This document shows, in pieces, positions 25,177-37,407 of a stretch of 64,000 nucleotides of DNA (positions are counted from its first letter, which is position 1; each line of letters begins with the position of its first letter). The position numbers and the translations under genes were made by a program. This DNA comes from Lingula anatina (Eukaryota > Animalia > Brachiopoda), in the NCBI GenBank assembly GCA_051362555.1, contig CM120649.1, positions 62,001 through 126,000 of the forward strand, given 5' to 3'. Under the pieces are notes generated by a model. It searched no databases. It worked only from the letters and a program-made list of their open reading frames with translations, and was not told the origin of the DNA.

Positions 25177-25190
25177 GCGCGCACGCACAC
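25096..25190. repeat. Compound microsatellite (CT)n(CA)n(CG)n
   Basis: Direct observation. Confidence 0.95.
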
Positions 25191-25810
25191 ACTGACGTAC
25201 AGCCTTCGTAAGATAAATATAAAATCAACATTCTTAGTCATATTTTTGTAACATGGCGCCTTGAAGTTCATCTGCCCCTCTCTGTCGTTCTGTCTTATTT
25301 CGTAATGATACGGCAGAAGGCAATCTTAAAAGCTACAGGTGGTTTTTCTTTTTCTTCTATACCTACCAAGTGCTTAACGTCTCAATCGGGCGGCTGGAAA
25401 CTTTCGGATTGAAAAGAAGAGTGATAATCTTCGAAACATTACGAGTAAGGCAATTTAAAATCGTCACAGGTGGTTTCGCCTTGCGCATTGTTATATCTAA
25501 TAGATATAACCCACTATTTTGAACCTACTCAGGCCGTTTTATGAGAACAAGATTCATTTTTGTCACCCAAATATATCAAGGTCAATGCCCATTTTTCTCA
25601 AAATTTTTTTGTCTTTGCTGCCTTCATCTGTGTGTTAGTGATGTATTTATGTGGTTAAATGAATTTGAGAAACCCTTTATGAATACTGGTATTAAATAAA
25701 GTACGTTAATTTACCATAAAGTATGTGAACATACGGGTATATTTATATTCCGTGCAGATCGTCATCACGTGATATCACTTTACCAGAAGGAGGTCTCGCG
25801 ATTAGACTGA

Positions 25811-28800
25811 ACACCCAAACCCAATATAGAGGTGCATTTCACAAGTTCAAGTCTCAAAAAATGAAATTGAATGAATTCGATGTATTATCCAATTTTTTAA
25901 AACTTACATGTGTATAGAACAAAAATCCACAAATGTCCCAATTTTACGCCCACGCGTTTCTGTTTTGTAAGCAAATAAATTGATAACCGTTTGAAGTAAA
26001 AAAAGCATAAGAAAGATCATACGTTACCACTGAATCGCCTGATACAAACACGATCATTAGTTGAGCGCTGTGGAAATTTGTGCAAGCTAAAGACTATCAG
26101 AACCCTATGAGTCATTAATAATGGAAAAGTGATAGGAAAATACATTTAAATTGACCAGATCTAGGAAAATTCCTATCAAACTAAAGATCATTTTTCTTTA
26201 CAATGTCCACGTTGATGACTCTTTCAATAGCAGTAATTGTCAATTGTATAGAGAATTGAAAACTTTGTTACCTAAAAGTTACCTACCACTGGTCATATTC
26301 GTCGTGAATTTAAAACTCATTGACAGTTTCAAATTTTGGGTGTATTAGTTACAATACCAACTACGCCTCGCATCCTACGCATACCGTAATGTAACGTATG
26401 TTCCACAGCCATAGAAAAGATACGGGACACGAGTTTAATAAATATTGATAAGATGTTTCTTCGCTTATTTTACGTAGAATTTATTGAGGTGTTTAAAAGT
26501 AACTCAGACATCAAAAGTGATAACCTATTACACAAGCACCATCCGCGTATTAAACGTCTTAATCATTTGCATGTAAAGAAATACAGATCCCAGAAACATC
26601 TAACCTACCACCTCTTTAAATGAAGCCTTTTTCAACACACCTAAAGGTTTTCTAATACAGCAGAGAATTCGTTCAAAATGAGCTTTACTATCCTCTCTGA
26701 AAGGTCTAAATTGTCTTTTAGGAATTAAAAAATGTATATATATAATGTTTGTTCCATCTATAAAAAGTAAGTGGCTCACAAAATTACGTTTTACGTCTTT
26801 CCATTGAGTGAGTATAAGAAACAGATATCACTTTAGAGTTCAAGGGTCTCTATGGTCCTTATCAGTCGCTAAGACAAATTATAGGCTGCATGATTTCTTG
26901 TAAAAGTTTCCTTGAGATTTCGTAGATGTTCATACTGTGTTTTTACTCTGCCAACATGCTCGATGAATTTTTTATTTTGGTTACTGGCGCTCTTGGGCTC
27001 TACTATAGTCGTCTCGTTCAAAAAATCGTATACAGCTTGCCTTTTATTCCTGCTACTCCCATCCGTCGACCTTTCGACCAGTTCATCCCCTTTTCGCGAG
27101 TTCTCGACCAACGATTCCGGCAAATGCCAGTAGCAGCGGAAAGAAATCTGAGAAAACGGTACGTCATCGCAATCTTCTCAGCCACTATATTATGCAAAAT
27201 TTTCATCTTACTTCTTGGTGTAACTCGTTAAACTTGACCCACTGTAGCTAAAAAAAAATTCTCTATAAGTCATCATATTTTTAGGATGATTAGTCTTATT
27301 GAATATTATATGTATATATAATATTTTTTTATCCCTAAGGATAAAGGCAACAATTTGCTACATTGTTATTATTCCTAAAATAATTAGGGTAGTGGAGTAA
27401 TAAAATAAAAGCGGCCTTGTTTGACCAAATCTTGAACAATCGATATTCTTTGTTGCCTTCTTTTTGTTATAAATAAGACTATGAAAGTTTGCGGTACACT
27501 GGGATGGAGGAGACATAAAAGTAATTGCTTCTGCACAGTGTTAGCTTGGGTGCATAGCCTGCTGTATGATGCGTTCTGTCTTAATTTTGGGGCATGTGGG
27601 AAATTCAGGTGGTTCCATATTTCGTCTTCTACAATGGATAAATCGTCGCCGGATAGCATTCTCCCTCTTGCTTATGGCATTAACCTATGATTGTAGTTCT
27701 TCAATTGTTCATTGTGACTGCCTTCAGTTTCTTCTCAATCGTTTCCACGTTGTGACCACCTCGCACACACAAGTGGTGATTGCTGTGGACTTGCCTCTGC
27801 AACTTCTATAGCAGCTAGAGGCTCTTCTTTCCTTTGGTGAAGTCTACGTTTTCGCGATTTAGTCTTCGCATGCCTCTTTTGTCTTTTACGACATTTATAA
27901 GGAGGCGGAAGGTAGGCCTACATAGTATTTTGAACCCGTTTCTTTCGCTTCCAAATAAGCGTCACCCTCATTTCTTTTTTACGAGATCGATATTTTTTTT
28001 TAAATCTCAGCTCTTGGTTTCGCATTTTTCTGAAATAATGATGTTCCGTTCGGTATCAATGTATTTGGCACTGCGCTCACTGCGCTCGTTGGCGATTATT
28101 TTTTCCTTGCATAGTTTTGTTTTACATTTATTTCCGTCTTTGACATTCATTTCTGTATTTGAATTTAATTTTTTATTACGACAAAATCATTCACTTCGCC
28201 TACATTGTTACTGAGGATTTTATGGATTTATTTACACTTGTAACTAACCTCATCTAATCTTTAGCTCGAGCAGACGTCAGAAAGAACCACCTGACATCTC
28301 AAACAGAAGCTAATTTTTCTTTCGGAGCCAGTTTCGGGCACAAGTAGATTTTCACTGGTAACGTATGTTCCGGTAACGTATGTTCCAGGCCACCTAATTT
28401 TTATTTTCATAACGTGTTCTTATATATTTTGAAGTGATTTGATCATGTTAAATTAAATATGACGTAAGGACGTTTTTTATCAATATTTAAACCGTAACTA
28501 ATGGGGCCTGCGTCATAGCTAATACTAGGTAACGTATGTTCCCTAGGAAAATTGACAAAATGTTTCATTTTGTACAAGTGCTTGGTGCAAGAGAAAACAA
28601 TGTTTTCTTTTGCTGACAGAGAAATATATCGTGATTCCATGATAGTTTGACATTTCAGATATAATATTTGGAGCACAAGGGGAAAAATAATTTATTAAAT
28701 GCTTATTTTACTGTCGGTAGGGTGTATTTTCCCCGTTTTTTTAATATTCAGTGACAGGCAAACTTAAGTCGCTAAAAAACAATTAAATGCTCTATACTGA

Positions 28801-29120
28801 AGCTTTTTGTAATTTTTTACAACGTTATACTTGTAGGAGATAAATAAAAGAACAAAACCCGTGATGATTGAATTTTCAAAGTGATTAAAACGCTTCAACA
28901 GCTAGACGTTATGCATTTGTGACAGTAACGTATGTTCCTTTTTGGGGTTAGATGATGAATTATTTTTTATCATTCGTGGTTCCAGGAAAGTGAAACTTTT
29001 ATACAAACTTCTTTATGTGGGACCCTAAAATAATCAAACATAGTTTGTAATCTGTGCACTACATATTTTTAGGAACATGTCTGTGACATCGTTTGCACCT
29101 CTATATTGGGTTTGGGTGTG
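25811..29120 (-). mobile_element. Decayed ~3.3-kb TIR DNA transposon with frameshifted coding remnants (superfamily not assigned)
   Basis: TIR ACACCCAAACCCAATATAGAGGTGCA (25811-25836) and its reverse complement ending ...TTGGGTTTGGGTGTG at 29120. The motif GTAACGTATGTTCC recurs (~26391, 28358, 28372, 28528, 28925), with an inverted core at ~26018. Minus-strand fragments at ~26870-28150 (basic R/K-rich region; KILHNIVAEKIAMTYRFLRFLSAATGICRNRWSR; KRQAVYDFLNE; FIEHVGRVKTQYEHLRNLKE) look like a broken, internally deleted transposase. Confidence 0.75.
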
Positions 29121-29391
29121 AAACGTAATATACATGTAGTAGCCTCAGTGTCAACCGCAAGGTTTGGTACGAGAATCAATGACAGTCCCTACCTTATCTC
29201 TGCTTTAAAAACATTCAGATGATCACATTGTATTTTTCATTTTGATATAAAATTAAGTTTGTGCCCGTATGTGTAGATTCGTCTTATGGAATCTACAGAT
29301 TATCGTAGTCATCTTTTCTCTTTCAAAAGAGGTTAAGATGACCAAGAAAGCGGTGAAACAGATACACGACAGCTGTTATATTAAACAAACA

Positions 29392-29397
29392 TTTATT
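29392..29397 (-). terminator. Candidate poly(A) signal for the AChE T-isoform 3' UTR
   Basis: AATAAA on the - strand followed by GT/T-rich sequence, ~2.2 kb past the T-exon stop; one of several possible hexamers. Confidence 0.35.
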
Positions 29398-31593
29398 GCA
29401 TACCATTTTACTTCTACCAAAATAAGTCAAGCGATAACGTAGTTAAATGTGACTATCAACAAACTATAAAACTCTTTTCAAACTTGAATTATTTCTCTTA
29501 TACAGAATTATTCTTTTTCCTCAAATATTTTTTAATCCCTGAATATTAAATTCTCAAAGCACAAATAAATATCTTTAATAAACGTAGAAAAAAGATCGGC
29601 ATGAAAACACCTAATATACATGGACAAGCAAATTGTTTGAACTCTTACATGTATTTGACTTGCGTTTTACAAAGCCCTGTGTAAATAAAGCGTGCGAAGT
29701 TTAGCAAACTTTATTCCGAAGATTCTTAAAACCATGAATACCAGTAAATGAAATGTGAGCTAAAATAATGCGTATTTTATCAGCTCTCCAAATTTGCCAT
29801 ACATATTAAATATAACAATAATTTTTAAACGCAGCACTTCTAGTCTGCTGGTCAGCTATACTATATAACAGTCTCAATTATACGTTTTCATGAGTGGTTT
29901 GTATTTGTGCATGGACAATAACATATTGAAAACCACCAACTTAAATAACAGTTTAATGTCCTAAAACTGAATTTGTAAAAACACGCACTCAACTGCGTAA
30001 CGTTTTTTTTTAACTTTCCCGTAATCCATCGTAAAAATGTCCCGACTTCTCACTCTTTAGATCAGTTTTTAACATCTTGCAATAACTACTATGCAGCACT
30101 AACTAGTAATAAATATAAGCTATAAAACTCATGTATATATATTGCTGCCGAAACATTTTATTTTCATGTAGACCAAATGCTTATTAAATGTCACCGTTTT
30201 CGACATAATTTGACTTTTTCTGTACCTGACGGAAGGCTGCACAGACCATTACACTGCATTTTACACAGGTAATTACTCCATCTATAGGCCGGTTTTGTAA
30301 CGTTTCTCAATTGTTGTACAGGCAATGTATTCCACGAGAACCTGAATTCGTTGATGCCGTCAATATTTCAGCCAAACAGGAAATACGTAGGAAACCGCCA
30401 CCTATCTGCTATCTTCGCGGCCAGCTCGCGCTGGAGTGATCACGTGACTGGGGGTGTGATCGCTCGTCTTATGCCTATTTTCTCATCTTTCTTGCCAGTC
30501 TTTGAGGGTTGTAGGGAATCACGCCACATGTGCCTGACCAGGAAAGCGATCGATTTTTATTCCTTCCACTCCAATTTTCACATCGACCTTCAAAAAATGA
30601 ATGAACTTCTCCAACAATCCCGCACTATAGTATATTAGTACGAGTTGAGTGAAATGACTTGAATATATCATATAGATACAACATTTAGAAACGACTTTGT
30701 TTCAAATCGAGGTAGGCTCTTTTGGATGAGGAACTCAGCCCGCTATGTTGTGTCTTGTGGGTCAGGGTGAAACTGAACCAACAGGCTCTGAACGCCAACC
30801 GAACGTCAATTGTTGACGAACGGTGCATAGCCGAATGAACAAAACTTGGACCTGCATCTACGCAAAATGCAACAACTGGAAGACGCTCTGTGACCATGTC
30901 ACAATTTGCACCTATTGGAGTCTATTTAAGCTCGAAAAAAATGAAGTTTAAAAAACTTGATTCCAAATTTATCTGCTGCCTTACTTTTCTTAGATGCGAC
31001 TTCCACTGGGGTTTTGGCGGTCTAACAGTAAGAGTATGCGTTAAATCGTTATAAAATTTCAAATATTCTTTGCTAATTTTAAATAAATATATTTGATATA
31101 AAAGGACCTAAATTATATAATCTGCCTTCCATAATGGATACTTTGACCTCAGTTTTCCACAACTACGGTATTTCACTAACTTAAAGGAGCAATGCCACAT
31201 GGCAAGACGCACACGTTACTGTGAGGGGTAAAAATAATGAGAGACTTGAGCCAGTGAACAGCCACGCAGTGATTGAAGACGATATCACTATTATCATCCG
31301 GGAACTTTGCTCAGCACAGTTCCAGTACATACCGATCTGGATTAATGTGTGAACGACATATTAAAGTGAACTTAAACTTGACTCAAGCGTCTCATTACAC
31401 GGAACCCAAAACACTAACTACATTGTAATATGTGATTCACGATGATAACAAAACCATATCTTGATAACACAGGAGATCATCTTCATCACTATCGCACTGG
31501 CGCCATCTATCGTGTATTCATCAATGTCTCACAGCGGGCGTCAATGTCATCAAAGTTTATAATAAATGTAACCGCTAACAAGTGGTGCCCTCT

Positions 31594-31736
31594 TCAGGTC
31601 TCGCCTCCTTCCCCTCCACATTTCATGTTCTGTGCTGTCATATACTGGTCATACTGATGTTTCCAGTCCACGATATACCGAGTGCTCCACTCATGAAACT
31701 GCTCCTTCCATTGTCTTTCTGCTTCGTGAATGTCCT
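31594..31736 (-). CDS. ACHE: Acetylcholinesterase alternative terminal exon, T-type (WAT tetramerisation peptide)
   Basis: Acceptor TTTTGCTATTGTAG|, phase 1. It reads (Q)DIHEAERQWKEQFHEWSTRYIVDWKHQYDQYMTAQNMKCGGEGGET*, which aligns by eye with the human t peptide [40 protein letters not shown]. Length 143 nt = 2 + 47 codons. Confidence 0.93.
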
Positions 31737-33140
31737 CTACAATAGCAAAATAGTGGACGTATTAAAATTGGGTCACTCTTCAATAACTTTAAAACAAATT
31801 TTGAAGATAAAGAATTCAGAACCGAAGGACGTTAGATTTTCGGAATTGCAAAAAAAAATCCTAATGTCTTGCCATGATCATCAAAAGAAGCACCAAGCAT
31901 TTTTTGTTTGTCTACGGCCCTGGCAGGCACGTAAATGATATAATTCTTTTTGGGGATTACATTTTGCGACCTACTTTCAGTTTCGTTTTAACAATAAGTT
32001 ATTATTTTAAAGTTCACATTATTGAGTTCTAAAACGCTCTTTTGCACTCACGTTATCTAAATATTTTTAAAACTATCCTAAAGATTCGTTACTTTGGCAA
32101 ATTTCACTCAGTTTTCTTGTTTATCTCAGATTGTTGAGTGATCAAAAACAAAAACAAAACATTCTCTTTGTTTAAACACATGTTGCCAATAGCTTCTTCA
32201 TTTTGTTTACTTAAGATCCTACATTAATGCTATAAGTGCAACTAATTAAAAGTTAGTAATTAAAGCAATTTTACTTCAGGCTTTACTCGTGCAAATGGGA
32301 ATTTTAGGTGGATGAATAAAAATGGTTCTAGAAAAGTAATTGACATTAGCTTCTAAGGCCCTATTCACATCTAGCGGTACCTTTAACTGGTCTTTGACGG
32401 TTCTAACATGTTACTACAGGGACCTTTACTGCCAGTCTTTGAAAGTGGACCGGTATATTTAAATGTACCGCTGGATGCCAAAAGGGCGTTAATTTACCTG
32501 TTGTTAGTAACTGTTCCTCAACTTGAGCGATGTTAGTCGTTAAGCCTCGAGTGCATGTCAGAAAAACAGGAAGAGCTAGCCACGTTTTGTGGCATATCCT
32601 CATGCAGCGGTGCTCGTGCAATACTATTGTCCATCTACGCAGAAAGTTCGAAGCCATAATATGCTAGCAAGAAACTTGGGAGGCGGGGTTACTGTTTACC
32701 ACGTGAATATCCGTGAAGCAGTTGTCCACACTACTACATGTACATACCCGTTGTCACGTCTTTAACTTTAAGTTAAGTATTATAAGGTCGAAGGACGTAA
32801 GTTGCATAAGACAGTCAATTAAAAAAACAAAGCTACATTAGCGTATCCGGTGTCTGTGCGTCCACTCTTTCCGATTCAATCGGTCAACTCTACCCAAGCA
32901 TATATTTGATAGCAGAGAGGAGAAAAAAGGGCATGTACAATACTATAGTTAAATGCAAATCGACATTTTATGAAAAAAAGCACAATTATCGCATTGAACT
33001 TGAGCAAGCAAGGTTAGTATGGTATATTATTGAAGCAATGCACTGCAAACCCTATAATCGCTCACAGAAAGCGATGGATAAGCGGTCATTTTCGTAAGAT
33101 AATTAACTTCACGGAAATGACCGATTGTTGCCGAACTTAC

Positions 33141-33328
33141 GTGTATCTACGATGAGTTTGGGTAGATAATGCTCCCAGAATGCACAGTGTTTGGCCCGAG
33201 GACCACGCCCCACTGCCCGCTGTTTGTCGTACAGATACTTAGTGTTGAGTTCCAGGTATTCCTTATTGCGAACCGTCCTCTTCGGCCAGTCGCTCTTGAT
33301 CTCGCCGGATGGAAAATGGTTGGGGTTC
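33141..33328 (-). CDS. ACHE: Acetylcholinesterase second coding exon (end of catalytic domain)
   Basis: Acceptor TATTCCACAG|G completes Gly (phase 2). It reads NPNHFPSGEIKSDWPKRTVRNKEYLELNTKYLYDKQRAVGRGPRAKHCAFWEHYLPKLIVDT, with the conserved GNPN, WP, YLEL and CAFW motifs. Donor C|GTAAGT. Confidence 0.95.
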
Positions 33329-33339
33329 CTGTGGAATAA

Positions 33340-33350
33340 ACAACAACAAC

Positions 33351-33389
<39 letters not shown>

Positions 33390-33396
33390 TATAATT
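33340..33396. repeat. (AAC)n(AAT)n microsatellite abutting the AChE exon acceptor
   Basis: Direct observation. Confidence 0.9.
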
Positions 33397-36300
33397 ATGA
33401 TGTTGATAAGCATAAAATCGATGATGTTAATTATGATTGTACTTCTCCTCTTCTCCTCAGCTGCACTGCTAGTAAAAACCTACGAAAACGCCGCATAACT
33501 TTTTATTCTATTCAATGACTAACACACCAAACTGCTAGTAAAGCGCGGAGTATGTTTCATACTGTATAAATTTTGAAGCAAGTTATCGTTGCTCACCCTA
33601 GTAAAATCTAATTTGGAAAATAACACCAAGCTACTCATAGGACTCGCGGAATTCAGTTAGATACCGAAACGCACCTGTAAATTTAGCCATCTAAAATTAA
33701 AAAATCTCCTCTCATCGGTTTCTCACCACCCTGATTGTGAGAGAATACTGAACAGCCATCTCCATCTCAAAGGCATACCCCCTATATAGAGGTGAGTGGC
33801 CTCGGACACCAGGGTGCTTCTCACACGCTAACACATTAAATATCACTTAAGAAGCACGCGTCAGTGACCACCTTAATATCAAAAATATCTCTTATAATAG
33901 CGCCAGGCTTAAGATCCAGTAATAAAATACTCGAGCCGTCCCAGGTGTGGGGTTCAAAAGCAATTATTTCGTGCAATGATCTTAGATCTTCACCAGCGGT
34001 CCCTTCACCTGCCACGTTAATGATTTGATATTCTAAGGAACAGATTCTTTGGATCGGTTGCACGCTTTCCGGCACCTGTATGTTTCTTGAGGTGATATAT
34101 TTACCAAAGCCCACCTCCCCATATTTTACATAGTAAGTTTGGCTATTCTAACAGTGGCACTGAGGATCAGATAGCCAAATAATAACCTAATCAGGTTCCG
34201 TTTTTTTCACGGCTGTCGAGTTGTGTTTTTATAAAAGTGCTTGCAGCCTCTTGTGAAACAATCATCTACGTAGACAGAATTTAAGATATCAACTCTCTCT
34301 CTCTCTCTCTCTCGACATAAAAGAACTGAATTTCACACTCCAAACATTTTCAGGCTGGATATTTCATGGGCAATTCACCAATAATTAGAAGAAATATAGA
34401 TATCTTCACCACAACTGGACTACAGTCATCAGACTAGTGGATTTTTACTGTAAATTAATTCATCTTCCATAACGGCACCCTGTCTATTCATTACATTATA
34501 CACTTAGGAAAACTAAAGCAATTTCTGATATATGTTATATCCAATGAAATGACAAAAGTTTAGACAACTAATTTTGTATTATATTTATAATCGCGTACTA
34601 GTCATAATACCAAGTTAAATTGTGTCACAAAAATAATCAACAAAAATGGACTTAACGTGTCAATTATTTAAAGCTGAAAACTTCAGTGCTGGGGGGGGGT
34701 ATATCCAGTGTCATTAGCATCCATATTCTTGACAAGTATGACAACTCTGTGTTAAATGAAAACATAAAACGGCTGAACATGTTCATCAGGTCAGTTTTTT
34801 CAACGTGTATGTACAATTGATAACTTACAACTTAACGGAAACGTCAACACGAAACGTTAATACGAGCGTGTATCGAGATACAATCATCAACAATCACCCA
34901 GCAGACTTGGTTACAGAAATTAAGAGAAAACGCGCTAAAGGTTGAAAGGGGAAGAAGCAAGCCCGGCGGCCGTTCGTGTTTATTTTTCTTATAAAGCCAA
35001 AGCAGTGGCGACAGACTAGAAAACGATATATAAAACTTGAATAATCCGACACGTCTAGGTATTAAATTTTGTTGATTGTTGACACGGTATGTTACACCTG
35101 AATCACTTTGAATGGAGACTAATAAATCAATTAACTTGCAATCGGGATTTACAATCATCGACTCGGTAAACTTCGATCTAGTGCTTGTTAAATAAATCTC
35201 CGCAAGTCTTGCCTTTGTTTATTGTTTACTTATGAATTTTCGGCACGCGGTGGAGCCTCGTGTAATTTTAAGTAACTACACAAAAGTGTTGCATGTACGC
35301 TGAAAACGTAAATAAATTAACATTGTGCAGTATGGACATCGTAATTCTCTTATTTTGTTTACATTTATTACGAAATATGTGTCGATCTAATCAAAATATT
35401 TCACTTTATGAAGCAGTTGTGAGAATGTGTAGTTTGTGATTAACAGCCCACAAATATGTGAAACACTGTATATTTTTCATTAATTGTTTTAATCTAATTG
35501 CAATATTCTGACATTATTTTTGTTTATTTTGTCTATGAAAACAACTGACACCGTATGTAACATATGTATGTAGCATGCAACCTGCTGGCTTTGTAATACT
35601 ACACAATTTGAGCATCACAAACTTTGTAACATACCCTACACATCTTCTCATATATACACATGAAAAGAGCCTGTGCTCAGAAATCGAACCGTGTCACTGT
35701 TCTAGTTACCCATATTGTTGACGTACATTGTATTGATACTGGGACTGTTTTGATAGCAATATTACTAAAATTTCCCTCTAGCTAGCGGCCAGTAACTGGA
35801 CTCCGTGTAGATGTCACCATAAGTGACTGCCACGCGCTGGTGGTCACCTGATGAAAACATCAAAAACTGTCCACTTCTTTATTTCACAAGTGTCCAATTA
35901 AAGCACTTGATACTTTACATGAGCGGCTTGTTGTAGGTCGTGTTGTCTCATCTTACTTTCCATTCGCCCGATTTCTCACGTTTTTATTAATTTTCAGTTT
36001 TATATCAGCATCAGACCTGTAGCACTAATAAAACAATCTACTGTCACTCGTCATAGTGCACTATAGATTTAAATCACAGTCCACTAAATCCACTAAATAA
36101 CCCTCACCAAGGCATGGGCCTGTTCCGCCTATAAAAAACACCAATATTGCTCGAGACTGATATATTTATATAAGATACATTTTTTCTGTCATGATAAGGA
36201 GGATGTGAAAAAAGCAACAGACTGCCATACAGTGAGTAACGGTCTTATAGCAATAGAGACAAAAATAAGCATAAACCATGTTGGACTCAGGCACTTTTTT

Positions 36301-36483
36301 CCCCGGCGAACACAAACAAGATACATTTTTAGTATATTGAGTCTATTTAAGCTGGTGTTGATATGGGCTGTGTTTGGCACGGTCAGGTAGGGTGAAAAAG
36401 GTGTATTTAGTCAGGTGTTAAAGGAAAACAACAATGTGCATATTTCATGAAGAGGATCGTATAACCTTCTAATGTCAATCAAG

Positions 36484-36535
36484 ATACAGGGGTACAGAAA
36501 ATACAGGGGTACAGAAAATACAGGGGTACAGAAAA
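36484..36535. repeat. 17-bp x3 repeat (ATACAGGGGTACAGAAA) within a ~30-bp direct duplication
   Basis: TATAACCTTC..ATGTCAATCAAGATACAG occurs at ~36460 and ~36536, flanking the triplet. Confidence 0.8.
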
Positions 36536-36562
36536 TATAACCTTCACATGTCAATCAAGATA

Positions 36563-37407
36563 CAGTGTGGCTGGTATCTACTATCTCAGTGTGGCTGGTA
36601 TCTTCTATCTCAGTGTGGCTGGTATCTTCTATCTCAGTGTGGCTGGTATCTACTATCTCAGTGTGGCTGGTATCTACTATCTCAGTGTGGCTTTTATCTA
36701 CTATCTCAGTGTGGCTTTTATCTACTATCTCAGTGTGGCTGGTATCTACTATCTCAGTGTGGCTGGTATCTACTATCTCAGTGTGGCTTTTATCTACTAT
36801 CTCAGTGTGGCTGGTGTCTACTATCTCAGTGTGACTTTTATCTACTATCTCAGTGTGGCTGGTATCTACTATCTCAGCGTGGCTTTTATCTACTATCTCA
36901 GTGTGGCTTTTATCTACTATCTCAGTGTGGCTTTTATCTACTATCTCAGTGTGGCTGGTGTCTACTATCTCAGTGTGGCTGGTGTCTACTATCTCAGTGT
37001 GGCTGGTGTCTACTATCTCAGTGTGGCTTTTATCTACTATCTCAGTGTGTCTGGTGTCTACTATCTCAGTGTGGCTGGTGTCTACTATCTCAGTGTGGCT
37101 GGTATCTACTATCTCAGTGTGGCTGGTATCTACTATCTCAGTGTGGCTGGTGCCTACTATCTCAGTGTGGCTGGTGTCTACTATCTCAGTGTGGCTGGTA
37201 TCTACTCTCTCAGTGTGGCTGGTGTCTACTATCTCAGTGTGGCTTTTATCTACTATCTCAGTGTGGCTGGTATCTACTATCTCAGTGTGGCTGGTATCTA
37301 CTATCTCAGTTTGGCTCGTATCTACTATCTCAGTGTGGCTCGTATCTACTATCTCAGTGTGGCTCGTATCTACTATCTCAGTGTGGCTCGTATCTATTAT
37401 CTCAGTG
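36563..37407. repeat. 24-bp minisatellite CAGTGTGGCTGGTATCTACTATCT (~35 copies), intronic
   Basis: Direct periodicity; it generates the QCGWYLLS/TEIVDTSH pseudo-ORFs. Confidence 0.97.

Noticed and set aside
32355-32385. Complete Harbinger MITE starting TAAGGCCCTATTCACAT (similar motif at ~56316)
   Set aside because: No matching inverted right end or TSD was found; at most a fragment.
33836-34114. 92-aa minus-strand ORF (EYQIINVAGEGTAGEDLR...) as an extra AChE exon
   Set aside because: The flanking AChE exons already join seamlessly (FAKTG|NPN). It has no cholinesterase similarity, a GTG start and no clear donor.
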